From Chiloscyllium plagiosum (lineage: Eukaryota): DNA of 20,000 bases. The position numbers and the translations under genes are program-made. The notes under the pieces were generated by a model. The model was not told where the DNA came from and did no database searches. It saw nothing but the letters and a program-made list of their open reading frames with translations. The stretch covers positions 6,736,648 to 6,756,647 of the forward strand of contig NC_057758.1 in NCBI RefSeq assembly GCF_004010195.1, read 5' to 3'. Position 1 is the first letter of the stretch, and each line of letters starts with the position of its first letter. Shown here piece by piece: positions 1 to 10,904 of this stretch.

Positions 1-407
1 AGGCACCTGGGATCAAAGGAATCTCAGATGCTATATTGGGAATACAGGAGTTCGGTGAGGAAGAACAACAGTGTGGCGAAAGGGAGCACGGATAGACTTG
101 GCTGAGCAGATTAAGGTGAATCCAAAGAGGTGGTTTAAGTATACTAAAGAAAAATCAACAACTAGAGAGAAAATGTGACTCGTCAAGGACTAAGTGATCA
201 TGAATATGCAGATCTGCGGGTAAACGGGCGAGGTCCTCCATGAATATTTCTAGTCTGTGTTTCCGGTGGAGAAAGATATCAACACTTGGGAACTTCGGGA
301 AGTTTTTGGTGCTATCTTTGGCAAAGTCCATATCACAGTTGAGGAGATGTTTGATGCATTAGAATGCATGGATTTGGAAAATCTCCTGATCCTGAACAGG
401 TTTATTC
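1..407 (+). mobile_element. Decayed CR1-type LINE ORF2 fragment (linker between endonuclease and RT)
   Basis: Translates to LAEQIKVNPKRWFKYTK, EYF*SVFPVEKD, VHITVEEM and KSPDPEQVY. These match the CR1 ORF2 motifs NPKxFxxY, EYFxSVFT and KSPGPD, with stops and frameshifts. Confidence 0.85.
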
Positions 408-555
408 ATAAACACAGAACATCACAGCACAGTACAGCTCTTCAACACTCAATCTTGCACCGATCTGTGAAACCAATCCGAAGCACATGGAACCATTACT
501 ATTTCGTTGTCATCCATTGGTTATCTAATGAATATTAATTGACCATATATTTGGT
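408..555 (-). mobile_element. Antisense 3'-tail fragment of another CR1-type element
   Basis: ACACAGAACATCACAGCACAGTACAG... resembles the reverse complement of shark CR1 3' ends (recalled form CATAGAACAGTACAGCACAGAACAGGCC). It interrupts the CR1 ORF2. Confidence 0.55.
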
Positions 556-559
556 CAAA

Positions 560-1228
560 AAGAGACAGGGCAGTGAAGAAGCCTTGCAGCACACCTACTT
601 TCATCAGCCAGGGCATTGAGTGTAGAAGTTTGGAAGTCATGTGTCATTTGCAAAGGGGCTTTGCTCTGGTCGCACGTCGCGAATTCTGTTCAGTTTTAGT
701 CACCTTGCTATAAAAAAGGATTTTATTAAACAGCAAAGAGTGCAGAATAATTTCACAATAATGTTGCCAGGATTCAATGGTCTGTTTTATAGGGAGAGAT
801 TGGACAACTAGTACTTCTTTTCTTCAGAGCACAGGGCACTATGAGGGGATTTTATCGAAGTGCAGAGATCTTGAGAAACATGGATAGGGTGAATGCACTC
901 AGTCTCTTTCACACGGTTGTCCAACTGAAGATGAGATGGAATCAGTTTAAGTTGAGAGGGGAAAAAACAAGGGAGCCTGAGAGGTAACTATTTCCACAGA
1001 GGGTGGTAAGCATTAGAAATGGAATGAGCTGACAGCAGAAGTGGTTGGCCAGGTTCATTAACAATATTTAAAATACACTTGACGCAATACATAGATAGGA
1101 AACGTTTCAAAGGATATTGGATAAGTGCAGGGAAATGGAGTTAACGTTGGTTGACAATTTGATTGGCGTCGACCAGTTTAGGCCAAAGTATCTGTCTCCG
1201 TGCACTATGGCTCTGCATCTCTATGAAC
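560..1228 (+). mobile_element. Decayed CR1-type LINE: ORF2 C-terminus and 3' UTR
   Basis: DRAVKKPCSTPTFISQGIECRSLEVM, SVQF*SPCY, RVQNNFTIMLPG and FPQRVV match the CR1 C-terminal consensus (VKKA...IEYRS...CVQFWSP...FTRMLPG...FTQRVV). Ends in a CTCTATGA-type tail. Confidence 0.9.
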
Positions 1229-1654
1229 CCAGATCTCCTGGAAAAAAGATGAGGACACTTTATGTTAGCATTAGAGCCCCCAGCAGACTGCCTATTATTG
1301 TTAGTTGAGTTCCTATAACACGGACTCACTGGTCACAAAGCTCATTTCTATCTCCCATGGATATGAAAAGGCTAACTGAACATTGTTGAGTGCCCCCATA
1401 TGACTGAATAACCTGTCTGGTTACAATATAGTGACTCATTGGATCTCCTTATTGGTTAGAGAGTGGTGAACAGGTTTCTTTTGCCTTCCTAATTCTTGTT
1501 ATTCCTCCACGCCCATCCCAACCACTCCCTCTCCGCCTTCTGGTCGGGTTTTTCGAAAGCAGTGCAGTTTTCCAAAGTTTAAATTTGTTGCTATCTGATC
1601 GGTGAAAGTATTATAACAGAAAGTGTGAGTGAGAAAAATAAAATTCAATTCATA

Positions 1655-2110
1655 CTCGATGAGGAGTAGGCCGTTCTGCCTCTCGAACCTGCTCTGCTAT
1701 TCAACAGGATTGTCTTTGTTCCAAAATTCTACTCATCTATTTTCCTGCCTCTCTCTGTAACCCGTGATTCCACGACGGTCAAGAGTCTACCTATGTCAAT
1801 CTTAAATTTACACAGCAATTCTCATAACAATGGCTCTCTATGACACGGCGTTCCAAATATTCACAAACTTTTGAGAGAAGAAATTCCTCCTCATCTCTAT
1901 CTAAATTGATGCTTACTTACTCTGACTGTCTGGCCCCAGATTTCCCAATGCAGGAAAACCGCCTATCAGCGTTTGCCCTTTCAAGCACGCTTCAGAATCA
2001 TTTGAGAACAACATTCATTCTCGAAACCTTCAGTGGATTGATCCCGACAGATTTAGGCTTTGATTGTGTGATACTCTCTTCAAACCCAAAATCATCCTCG
2101 TGTATCATCT
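1655..2110 (-). mobile_element. Decayed CR1-type (HER1-like) LINE 3' end
   Basis: GAGGAGTAGGCCGTTCTGCCTCTCGAACCTGCTCTGCTATTCAA matches the antisense shark CR1 tail (AGGAGTAGGCCATTCGGCCCCTCGAGCCTGCTCCGCCATTCAA). Also contains GAGAGAAGAAATTCCTCCTCATCTC (antisense MRRNFFS). Confidence 0.8.
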
Positions 2111-2669
2111 CTGAACTGACGCCAATAAAACGAAATTTTTCCTTCAATTCGATAACAAAACACTGTTCACTATTTTCGAGACATTGTCTCCCCAGCACCT
2201 TCAACAGTTATAGTCAGCTTTTCCTCTTGTGATACTTCAGTTCCTTGAAAAAAGGGGTCAATATTCCATTAGCCTTTGCGGTTGCCCGCTGCCCCTCGGT
2301 GCTATGTTTTGTGCTTTGGGAACAAATCCACCAAAGCAGCATTCTGTTGCAGTTTTCTTATTACAATAATAATCTGCTGGGTTTGTTTTCTCCCTTCCAA
2401 AACGAAGGCCTTAAATTTTCACCGTTATCCAATATTTGTCAATATTGTACACACTGACTTTAGCAATTAATATATTTCAATTAACTGTTGAGATCCTGCT
2501 CAAACATGGAATTTCACCAACCTTTATGTCGTCTGTAATTTTGGGGAATGCATGTCCACTTCCTTACTCCAAGTCATTAATACTGTGCTGGTTGAAATTT
2601 CCCAATATCTCCCCTTGTCAGAGGTGTGGTGACTCTGAGGATAAACCACCACCAGTTGTCTCCCAAGTC

Positions 2670-3151
2670 TGACGATATTGCTCCTTTAACACGGTTATGT
2701 TGTAGTTGTTTTAGTTTGGGTTTGAGCAGTCTGGCTGTTCAGAGCAAGTAGTAAGTCAGTTTTGAGTCTGCTGGTCAAAGAAACACGTACATAGAGGAAG
2801 GTGTTCCATGCTGAATCTATCTGCCTCTCTCGCCTGTGGACACTGTGTGTTTTTCTCTTTTATTCCAAGGCCGTGTTTGTGGGGATTGTTGCAGTAATTT
2901 GCCATATCATTAAGTTGGGATAACCTGCTCAGTTTTCGGATCGGTTATGCCATTCTATGCTCTATTCACTATTGTTTGTGTTTCATTCGGTAATCTTGCA
3001 AATTATTTCCGTTTGGTTTAAAATTAAGAATTTTGGCCAACAGCATCACTCCTTGAATATGTTCTGTGAACCTGTTTCAAACAATTAACAATTTTAGGGT
3101 CTGGGCTTCTTTCTTGAACTATCTTGATGGGTTCTGGCCTGCTCCATAACA
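2670..3151 (+). mobile_element. Possible solo LTR (~480 bp, TG...CA)
   Basis: Starts TGACGATATTGCTCCTTTAA and ends GGTTCTGGCCTGCTCCATAACA, resembling an LTR-like repeat I recall from shark genomes. No target-site duplication is recognisable. Mirror copy at about 9868-10347. Confidence 0.4.
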
Positions 3152-3419
3152 CAATAGTTAAACATTTTTGTTGTGTGCATATTATTTTCTTCGAAACGGA
3201 AATAGTCACTATCCTGTCGGACCCTCTTTGCCAAGTTGCTTTGAATCAAGATGTAATTACTTACTACCTGCTTTATAGCAAGCCATATGGAAAGCAAATG
3301 ATATGTTGGTCTTAATTGCAATGGGAAGTCGGGATGACTCACTGAAGTTATACAGGGCGTTGGCAAGACTATACTTCGGGATTTCTGTGTAGTTTGGACT
3401 CGCTAACCCAAAGAGGATT

Positions 3420-3845
3420 TTCACGCCATTGAATGCTTATCTCGACTGCACTGGCATTCCATGAGAATGTGACAGTTCAGCTCATCTTGAATCGAATTTC
3501 CTCGCTTTTCTCCATAACTCTCGATTCCCCATCCTGATTAAACGTACTTTGGCAAACCCTTAAATATATTGAAGACCCAACATCAATAGCCCCTGTGGTC
3601 AAGAATTCCAAAGATTCACTGTTCTCTGAGACAAGAAATTCCACCTCAATCGGTGACCTATTATTATGAGATGATGCCCACTGGTCCTAGACTATACCAT
3701 GAGAGAAACTGCGTTTCTGCATCAATCCTTTCGCGTCCCTTAAAAATCTTGATTTTTTCTGTTTTTTCGTGCAAGGGGTTCGGTGGAATCTACTCCACAT
3801 GAATAGCCGCTCCTCCCTGAATTCAGCCTTGTGAACCTTCTGGGA
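3420..3845 (-). mobile_element. Decayed CR1-type LINE 3' end
   Basis: AAGAATTCCAAAGATTCACTGTTCTCTGAGACAAGAAATTCC reads antisense as NFLSQRTVNLWNS, matching CR1 NFFSQRVVNLWNS. It is followed by GGTCCTAGACT (ESRTRGH). Confidence 0.8.
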
Positions 3846-4149
3846 AGCAAGATTGGTAATTGGGCTGAGAGGCCGTGGGTGTGGTCAGGAGTGTGGTCCA
3901 TCCCTTAGCCGTTCACATGCTGAACCAGGTCTCCAAGTAAAACGAGCGTTGTTTATCAGACTTCATGCTCAGCTGCTGTGGGCCCTGTCCCAGACTCAGA
4001 CTGTCATCTAGCTCGATAGGAAAGATCTGAAGAAATCATGGTGCCGCTGAGGAAGCTTCAGAATATTAGCAGTGAAAGACCGTGTTGATAAATATAAACT
4101 ATTTCCACAGGTTGGAATTGAAGTCACAGATGTGCCAGAAAGAAATCCT

Positions 4150-4295
4150 GTAATTTCCTTAGTACGAACAGTGTGGGTCAACGTCCAGTATGTGAACGAT
4201 GGTGGTTCAAGAAGGCAGTTCACCACCACCTTCTCAAGGGCAACTAGAGAATGCTGGGCTCAACCGGTGAAACGCATATTGCAATTTAAGCATTC
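4150..4295 (+). mobile_element. 3' end of a LINE (CR1/L2 clade) sharing its tail with the SINEs at ~15.7 kb and ~16.9 kb
   Basis: GGTTCAAGAAGGCAGTTCACCACCACCTTCTCAAGGGCAACTAG (FKKAVHHHLLKGN*), followed by an AATGCTGG tail. Confidence 0.65.
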
Positions 4296-4689
4296 GGGTC
4301 AGATCATTCAGGAAAGATGATAGAACACAATTCGATTTCAATGAATAGTGAAGGCTTGGAGTGCTCTTATTTAAGTAGTAATGGATGCTATACCAATTGT
4401 TTATTTTAAAAATGAAATATACTTTTTCTTCATTCAGCATGGGGAACATGGTCATGGGCTTCGAGGGGGCATATAATGTTATCCTATAGATCATTGATAG
4501 GTTTATTGAGTGCTGGGCAGACTTGAGAGTTTGAATGGCTCAGTGTTACTCCTTTGAAGATCATATCTGTTCATTCCATCAGCGTATCCTGCCTCACTAA
4601 TTCCAGAAGAGATAATGGATTCCACTCAGAAATCCATCCATCGAAGTTCCTATCCTATCCAAAAACTGGACGCTCGCTTTAATTCTTAT

Positions 4690-4855
4690 TGCAAATATTG
4701 CATTTGCATCTTATGCTCTTGCTCCAAAACCACTTGATGAAGGAGCAGCGCTCCGGAAACTACTGATTCCAAATAAATCTGTTGGACTAATACCTGGTGT
4801 GAAATGAATTTTTCAACTTTGTCTACCCCAGTCAAACAACGGCTCCTCCACATTA
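4690..4855 (+). mobile_element. Penelope-like element terminal fragment with a decayed hammerhead motif
   Basis: CACTTGATGAAGGAGCAGCGCTCCGGAAACTACTGATTCCAAATAAATCTGTTGGACTAATACCTGGTGT matches a recalled shark Penelope terminus (CTGATGAAGGAGCAGCGCTCCGAAAGCT...AATAAACCTGTTGGACTATAACCTGGTG). Mirror at about 8170-8335. Confidence 0.7.
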
Positions 4856-4959
4856 TGACCACATTGAAGAGCAGCCTTGAAACCATCCCTCTTTGAGCAA
4901 GATTTGGTCAGCTATCCTCAGTCGAGATTTATGGTGCAGGAAGCGATTTGACACATTGT

Positions 4960-5150
4960 GTCTGTCCCTCTCCCTAAAAGTTCTACTCAGCCATTCCCAT
5001 TCTCCAGCTGTATCTCCATAAACTTCCCAGTTTTTCCCTTTGAAATATATTTCCAGCTTTCTTTTGAAACCTTCTGTGGAACCTTTCTCCACCACCCACT
5101 CAAGCAGCGGTTCCAAATTCTAATAATTCTCTGAGGAAAGGAATTCCTGA
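4960..5150 (-). mobile_element. Decayed CR1-type LINE 3' fragment
   Basis: ORF-track peptide VVEKGSTEGFKRKLEIYFKGKNWEVYGDTAGEW matches the CR1 C-terminus VVEAxS...FKRELD...GYGxxAGEW. Mirror at about 7875-8065 (+). Confidence 0.8.
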
Positions 5151-5904
5151 CTTACGGAGGTCGGGATCTGTACACTTCTAAGCCCGTCAAAATCACTAGT
5201 ATCATGTCACCCTCTGTTGGCAAAATACTGAAGACGTTAGAATCCCTCTGTTTCTTCACAGTGATGCACAATGCATCGATTTGAATTGGTATAATCAAAA
5301 GTAGGCCAGAATGCAGCCCTGCACACAATTCTATTCTTAACAGCAGTTATTAGAACACACTTAAATAAATATGTACTGTTGTGACTCCCAATAAATGCTG
5401 GTTCTAACGGGGATGTAGCAATATCATTTTCTCTGGTTTTGTGCTGATCAGTGAGAGCACATGTGGACGTCTGATTGTGAACATCAATGAACATTTTTCT
5501 CTTTTTATTCTCTCTTCTTGATCGACGTATTTCATGCATTTTCCAAGGAAGTTAGTGCAGTGGAGTATTATGTCACACCAGTGTTTTAATGATGGTCAAT
5601 GGTTGTGGCCTGTACTTTGAAATACGATCTGTACATTTCTGACATCGAAGAAGAAACTACACCATGTAATGCTGCAAAATATCTGATTGTCCAACTGAAG
5701 TGATCCGTCATCTCAGCAATTCAGGTTCCATTCGATAATGTCAATCAAATATGCCGTGAACCACTGATCGTTTTCGGTCATGTGATTAAAAACTTTGTGA
5801 TACTGACAAGAATTCAGAGTCCGTGTCTCATTTCCCATTCAGATCAGTGACTTAACATAGTGACATGGTGGAAGGGGGAGATCAGGAAATGGCACGGTAC
5901 ATTA

Positions 5905-6055
5905 ACGGCCTTCTCATTGCCAGAGTTTTGCTATTCTGCAGGGCTTTGATGAGGTCACAGCTACATAACTGTGTGCAGTTCTGGTCACTGTACTGTAGAA
6001 AATATGTGCACACTTTGTGGAATATGCAGAAAAGGTTTAATAATTTAGTGTTTAG
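5905..6055 (+). mobile_element. Decayed CR1-type ORF2 fragment running from the left arm into the spacer
   Basis: FCRALMRSQLHNCVQFWSLYCRKYVHTLWNMQKRF matches CR1 LYRALVRPHLEYCVQFWSPxxRKDxxxLExVQKRF. Confidence 0.85.
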
Positions 6056-6299
6056 AAACAGTGTTTGTATTAATATGTGAACGTTGATTCCGGTTGATAA
6101 CCTGGGGCTTTCAGAGAGCCCTGAAAGAAAGAAGTTGGCAGGGGATCCAATGTCTCCTCACTCGAGAGTCTTCCTCCGAGATGGTTGGCCACAACCAGTA
6201 TACTGGTGACTTCGTGTGCAATTCTCTGTGCAGCTATTTCGACCAGGTGTTAACTGGGTTACAGTATACCAACTGTCAGATGAGGTTTTCGCTTGATTG

Positions 6300-6530
6300 T
6301 TGAAGGCTAGGCTGGGACGCTCATTTTTAGAGCTTTCGTCACCATACTAGGTAACATCCTCAGTGAGACTTCGGATGAAACACTGGTGGAATGCTCGCCT
6401 TCTATATGTGTGTTTAGGTTTCCTTGGGATTGGTTGATGTCATTCCCTATGGTGATGACATTTCCTGTACTTTTTCATAGCTGGTTGTAAATGGGATCCA
6501 TTTCGATGTGTTCATTTTCAGAATTCCCAG
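6300..6530 (-). mobile_element. Penelope-like element 3' end
   Basis: Antisense peptide NSENEHIEMDPIYNQL resembles the recalled C-terminus NSINKHIDLDPIY downstream of the GIY-YIG domain. It is followed by a hammerhead motif at 6320-6367. Confidence 0.7.
6320..6367 (-). ncRNA. Minimal type-I hammerhead ribozyme-like motif (Penelope-associated)
   Basis: Minus strand CTCA-CTGAGGA-T-GTTACC-TAGTAT-GGTGAC-GAAA-GC-TC-TAAAAATGAG. It has the CUGAnGA box, a 6-bp stem II (one G.U), GAAA, a self-complementary AGCU stem III and a CUC cleavage triplet. Stem I is weak. Confidence 0.6.
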
Positions 6531-6590
6531 AGAAGTTCTCTGTTCTAATGCAAAGAATGCCGACGTATCCAGTCTCTTTTCACAGACAAA

Positions 6591-7090
6591 NNNNNNNNNN
6601 NNNNNNNNNNNNNNNNNNNNNNNNNNNNNNNNNNNNNNNNNNNNNNNNNNNNNNNNNNNNNNNNNNNNNNNNNNNNNNNNNNNNNNNNNNNNNNNNNNNN
6701 NNNNNNNNNNNNNNNNNNNNNNNNNNNNNNNNNNNNNNNNNNNNNNNNNNNNNNNNNNNNNNNNNNNNNNNNNNNNNNNNNNNNNNNNNNNNNNNNNNNN
6801 NNNNNNNNNNNNNNNNNNNNNNNNNNNNNNNNNNNNNNNNNNNNNNNNNNNNNNNNNNNNNNNNNNNNNNNNNNNNNNNNNNNNNNNNNNNNNNNNNNNN
6901 NNNNNNNNNNNNNNNNNNNNNNNNNNNNNNNNNNNNNNNNNNNNNNNNNNNNNNNNNNNNNNNNNNNNNNNNNNNNNNNNNNNNNNNNNNNNNNNNNNNN
7001 NNNNNNNNNNNNNNNNNNNNNNNNNNNNNNNNNNNNNNNNNNNNNNNNNNNNNNNNNNNNNNNNNNNNNNNNNNNNNNNNNNNNNNNNNN
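6591..7090. other. Assembly/scaffold gap (500 N)
   Basis: Run of exactly 500 N. The round number suggests a placeholder length. Confidence 0.99.
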
Positions 7091-9179
7091 CTGCAGAATG
7101 GCAAAACTCTGGCAATGAGAAGGTCGTTAATGTGCTGTGCCCATTTCCTGATCCCCCCTTCCACCCTGTCACTATGTTAAGACACTGATCTGAATTGGAA
7201 ATGAGAAACGGACACTGAATGCTTGTCAGTGTCACTAAGTTTTTAATCACATGACCGAAAACGATTAGTGGTTCACGGCTTATTGGATTGACATTATCGA
7301 ATGGAACCTGAATTGCTGAGATGACGGATCACTTCAGTTGGACAATCAGATATTTTGCAGCATTACATGGTGTAGATTCTTCTTCGATGTCAGAAATGTG
7401 CACAGCACATTTCAAAGTACAGGCCAGCACCTTTGACCATCATTAAATCACTGGTGTGACATAACACTTCACTGCACTAACTTCCTTGGAAAATGCATGC
7501 AATACGTCGATCAAGAAAAGAGAATAAAAAGAGAAAAAATGTTCATTGATGTTCACAATCAGACGTCCACATGTGCTCTCACTGATCAGCACAAAACCAG
7601 AGAAAATGATATTGCTGCATCCCCGTTATAACCAGCATTTATTGGGAGTCACAACAGTACATATTTATTGAAGTGTGTTGTAATAACTGCTGTTAAGAAC
7701 AGAATTGTGTGCATTCTGGCCTACTTTTGATTATACCAATTCAAATCGATGCAGTATGCATCACTGTGAAGATACACAGGGATCGTAAAGTCTTCAGTAT
7801 TTTGCCAACAGAGGGTGACATGATACTAGTGGCTTTGACGGGCTTAGAAGTGTACAGATCCCGACCTCCGTATGTCAGGAATTCCTTTCTTCAGAGAACT
7901 GTTAGAATTTGGAACCGCTGCTTGAGTGGGTGGTGGAGAATGGTTCCACAGAAGGTTTCAAAAGAAAGCTGGAAATATATTTCAAAGGGGAAAACTGGGA
8001 AGGTTATAGAGATACAGCTGGAGAATGGGAATGGCTGAGTAGAACGTTTAGGGACAAGGACAGACACAGTGTGTCAAATCGCTTCCTGCACCATAAATCT
8101 CGACTGAGGATAGCTGACCAAATCTTGCTCAAAGAGGGATGGTTTCAAGACCGGTCTTCAATGTGGTCATAATGTGGAGGAGCCGTTGTTTGACTGGGGG
8201 AGCCAAAGTTGAAAAATTCATTTCACAATAGGTATTAGTTCAACAGATTTATTAGGAATCAATAGTTTCTGGAGCGCTGCTCCTTCATCAAGTGGTTTTG
8301 GAGCAAGAGCATAAGATGCAAATGCAATATTTGCAATAAGAATTAAAGCGAGCGTCCAGTTTTTGGATAGGATAGGAACTTCGATGGATGGATTTCTGAG
8401 TGGAATCTTTATCTCTTCTGGAATTAGTGAAGCAGGATACGCTGATGGAATGAACAGACATGATCTTCAAAGGGGTAACACTGAGCCATTCAAACTCTCA
8501 AGTCTGCCCAGCAATTCAATAAACCTATCAATGATCTGAAGGATAACATTATATGCCTGCTCGAATCCCATGACCATGTTACCCATGCTGAATAAAGAAA
8601 AAGCATATTTCATATTTAAAATAAACAATTGGATTAGCATCCATTACTACTTGAATAAGAGCACTCCAAGCCTTCACTATTCATTGAAATCGAATTGTTT
8701 TCTATCATCTTTCCTGAATGATCTGACCCGAATGCTTAAATTGCAATATGCGTTTCACCGGTTGAGCCCAGCATTCTCTAGTTGCCCTTGAGAAGGTGGT
8801 GGTGAACTGCCTTCTTGAACCACCACCGTTCACATGCTGGAAGTTGACCCACACTGTTCGTACTAAGGAAATTACAGGATTTCATTCTGACACATCTGTG
8901 ACTTCAATTCCAACCTGTAGAAATAGTTTATATTTATCAACACGGTCTTTCACTGTTAATATTCTGAAGCTTCCTCAGCGGCACCATGATTGCTTCAGAT
9001 CTTTCCTATCGAGCTGGATGACAGTCTGAGTCTGGGACAGGGCCCACAGCAGCTGAGTATGAAGTTTGATAAACAATGCTCGTTTTACTTGGAGACCTGG
9101 TACAGCACGTGAATGGCTTAGGGATGGACCACACTGATGACCACACCCACGGCCTCTCAGCCCAATTACCAATCTTGCT

Positions 9180-9600
9180 TCCCAGAAGGTTCACAGGCTG
9201 AATTCAGGGAGGAGCGGCTATTCATGTGGAGTAGATTCCACCGAACCCCTTGCACGAAAAAAGAGAAAAATTCAAGATTTTTAAGGGACGCGAAAGGATA
9301 GATGCAGAAACGCAGTTTCCCTCATGGTATAGTCTAGGACCAGTGGGCATCATCTCATAATAATAGGTCACCATTGAGGTGGAATTTCTTGTCTCAGAGA
9401 ACAGTGAATCTTTGGAATTCTTGACCACAGAGGACTATTGATGTTGGGTCTTCAATATATTTAAGGGTGTGTCAAAGTACGTTTAATCAGGATGGGGAAT
9501 CGAGAGTTATGGAGAAAAGCGAGGAAAGTCGATTCAAGATGAGCTGAATTGTCACATTCTCATGGAATGCCAGTGCAGTCGAGATAAGCATTCAATGACG
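9180..9600 (+). mobile_element. CR1-type 3' end (mirror of 3420-3845)
   Basis: GAATTTCTTGTCTCAGAGAACAGTGAATCTTTGGAATTC (NFLSQRTVNLWNS). Confidence 0.8.
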
Positions 9601-10904
9601 TGAAAATCCTCTTTGGGTTAGCGAGTCCAAACTACACAGTAATCCCGAAGTATAGTCTTGCCAACGCCCTGTATAACTTCAGTGAGTCATCCCGACTTCC
9701 CATTGCAATTAATACCAACATATCATTTGCTTTCCATATGGCTTGCTATAAAGCAGGCAGTAAGTAATTACATGTTGATTACAAGCAACTTGAGAAAGAG
9801 GGTCCGACAGGATAGTGACTATTTCCGTTTCGAAGAAAATAATATGCACACAACAAAAACTATTGCGTTATGGAGCAGGCCAGAACCCATCAAGATATTT
9901 CAAGAAAGTAGCCCAGACCCTAAAATTGTTAATTATTTGAAGCAGGTTCACAGAACATATTCCAGGAGTGATGCAGTTGGCCCAAACTTTTAATTTTAAA
10001 CCAAACCAAATTAATTTGCAAGATTACCGAATTAAACACAAACAATAGCGAATAGAGCATAGAATGGCATAACCGATCCGAAAACTGAGCAGGTTATCCC
10101 AACTTAATGATATGGCAAATTACTGCAACAATACCGATAAACACGGCCTTGGAATAAAAGAGAAAAACACACAGTGTCCACGGGCGAAAGAGGCAGATAG
10201 ATTCAGCATGGAACACCTTCCTCCATGTACGTGTTTCTTTCAGCAGCAGACTCAAAACTGACTTACTACTTGCTCTGATCAGCCAGACTGCTCCAACCCA
10301 AACCAAAACAACTACAACATAACCGTGTTAAAGGAGCAATATCTTCAGACTTGGGAGACAACTGATGGTAGTTATCCTCACAGTCACCACACCCCAGACA
10401 AGGGGAGATATTGGGAACTTTCAACCAGCACATTATTAATGAGTTGGAGTAAGGAAGTAAACATCCATTCCCCAAAATTGTAGACGACATAAAGGTTGGT
10501 GAAATTCCATGTTTTGAGCAGGATCTAAACAGTTAATTGAAATAAATTAATTATTGAAGTCAGTGGGTACAATATTGACAAATATTGTGTAACAGTGCAA
10601 ATTTAAGGCCTTCGTTTTGGAAGGGAGAAAAAAAAACCCAGCAGATTATTATTGTAATAAGAAAACTGCAACAGAATGTGGCTTTGGAGGATTTGGTCCC
10701 AAAACACAAAAAAGAGCACAGAGGGGCAGCGGGCAACCGCAAAAGGAAAATGGAATGTTGACCCCTTTTTTCAAGGAACTGAAGTATCACAAGAGGAAAA
10801 TCTGACTATATCTGTTGAAGGTGCTGGAGAGACAATGTCTCGAAAATAGTGAACAGTTTTTTGTTATCAAATTGAAGGAAAAATTTTGTTTTATTGGAGT
10901 CTGT

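Larger units (their letters stand above)
1..5941 (+). repeat. Left arm of a large inverted segmental duplication; outer end probably beyond the window
   Basis: Base 1 AGGCACCTGGGATCAAAGGAATCTCAGATG is the near-exact reverse complement of 13280-13309. ...TTCTGCAG ending at 5941 pairs with CTGCAGAATGG at 7091. The ORF track is mirrored: 257..538+ vs 12769..13050-, 1141..1329- vs 11985..12173+, 4853..5116- vs 7909..8172+. Confidence 0.97.

Noticed and set aside
257..538. 93-aa ORF preserved in both arms as a duplicated gene
   Set aside because: It is a chimera of a CR1 ORF2 remnant and an antisense CR1 tail, with a GTG start and 9 amino-acid differences between arms. No sign of constraint.
5245..5305. 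Possible micro-exon (TTCTTCACAG|...DAQCIDLNWYNQ...|GTAGGC)
   Set aside because: The donor is weak, there is no recognisable homology and no partner exons. It cannot be supported without RNA-seq.
5434..5466. V(D)J recombination signal (GGTTTTGT...CACATGTG), and other CACAGTG/CACTGTG heptamers including those in the array
   Set aside because: Spacing is about 15-16 bp rather than 12 or 23, the other heptamers I checked lack a nonamer, and no V/J coding segments are visible.
6447..7250. Long ORFs of 194-267 aa in the ORF track
   Set aside because: They are artefacts of reading through the 500-N gap.
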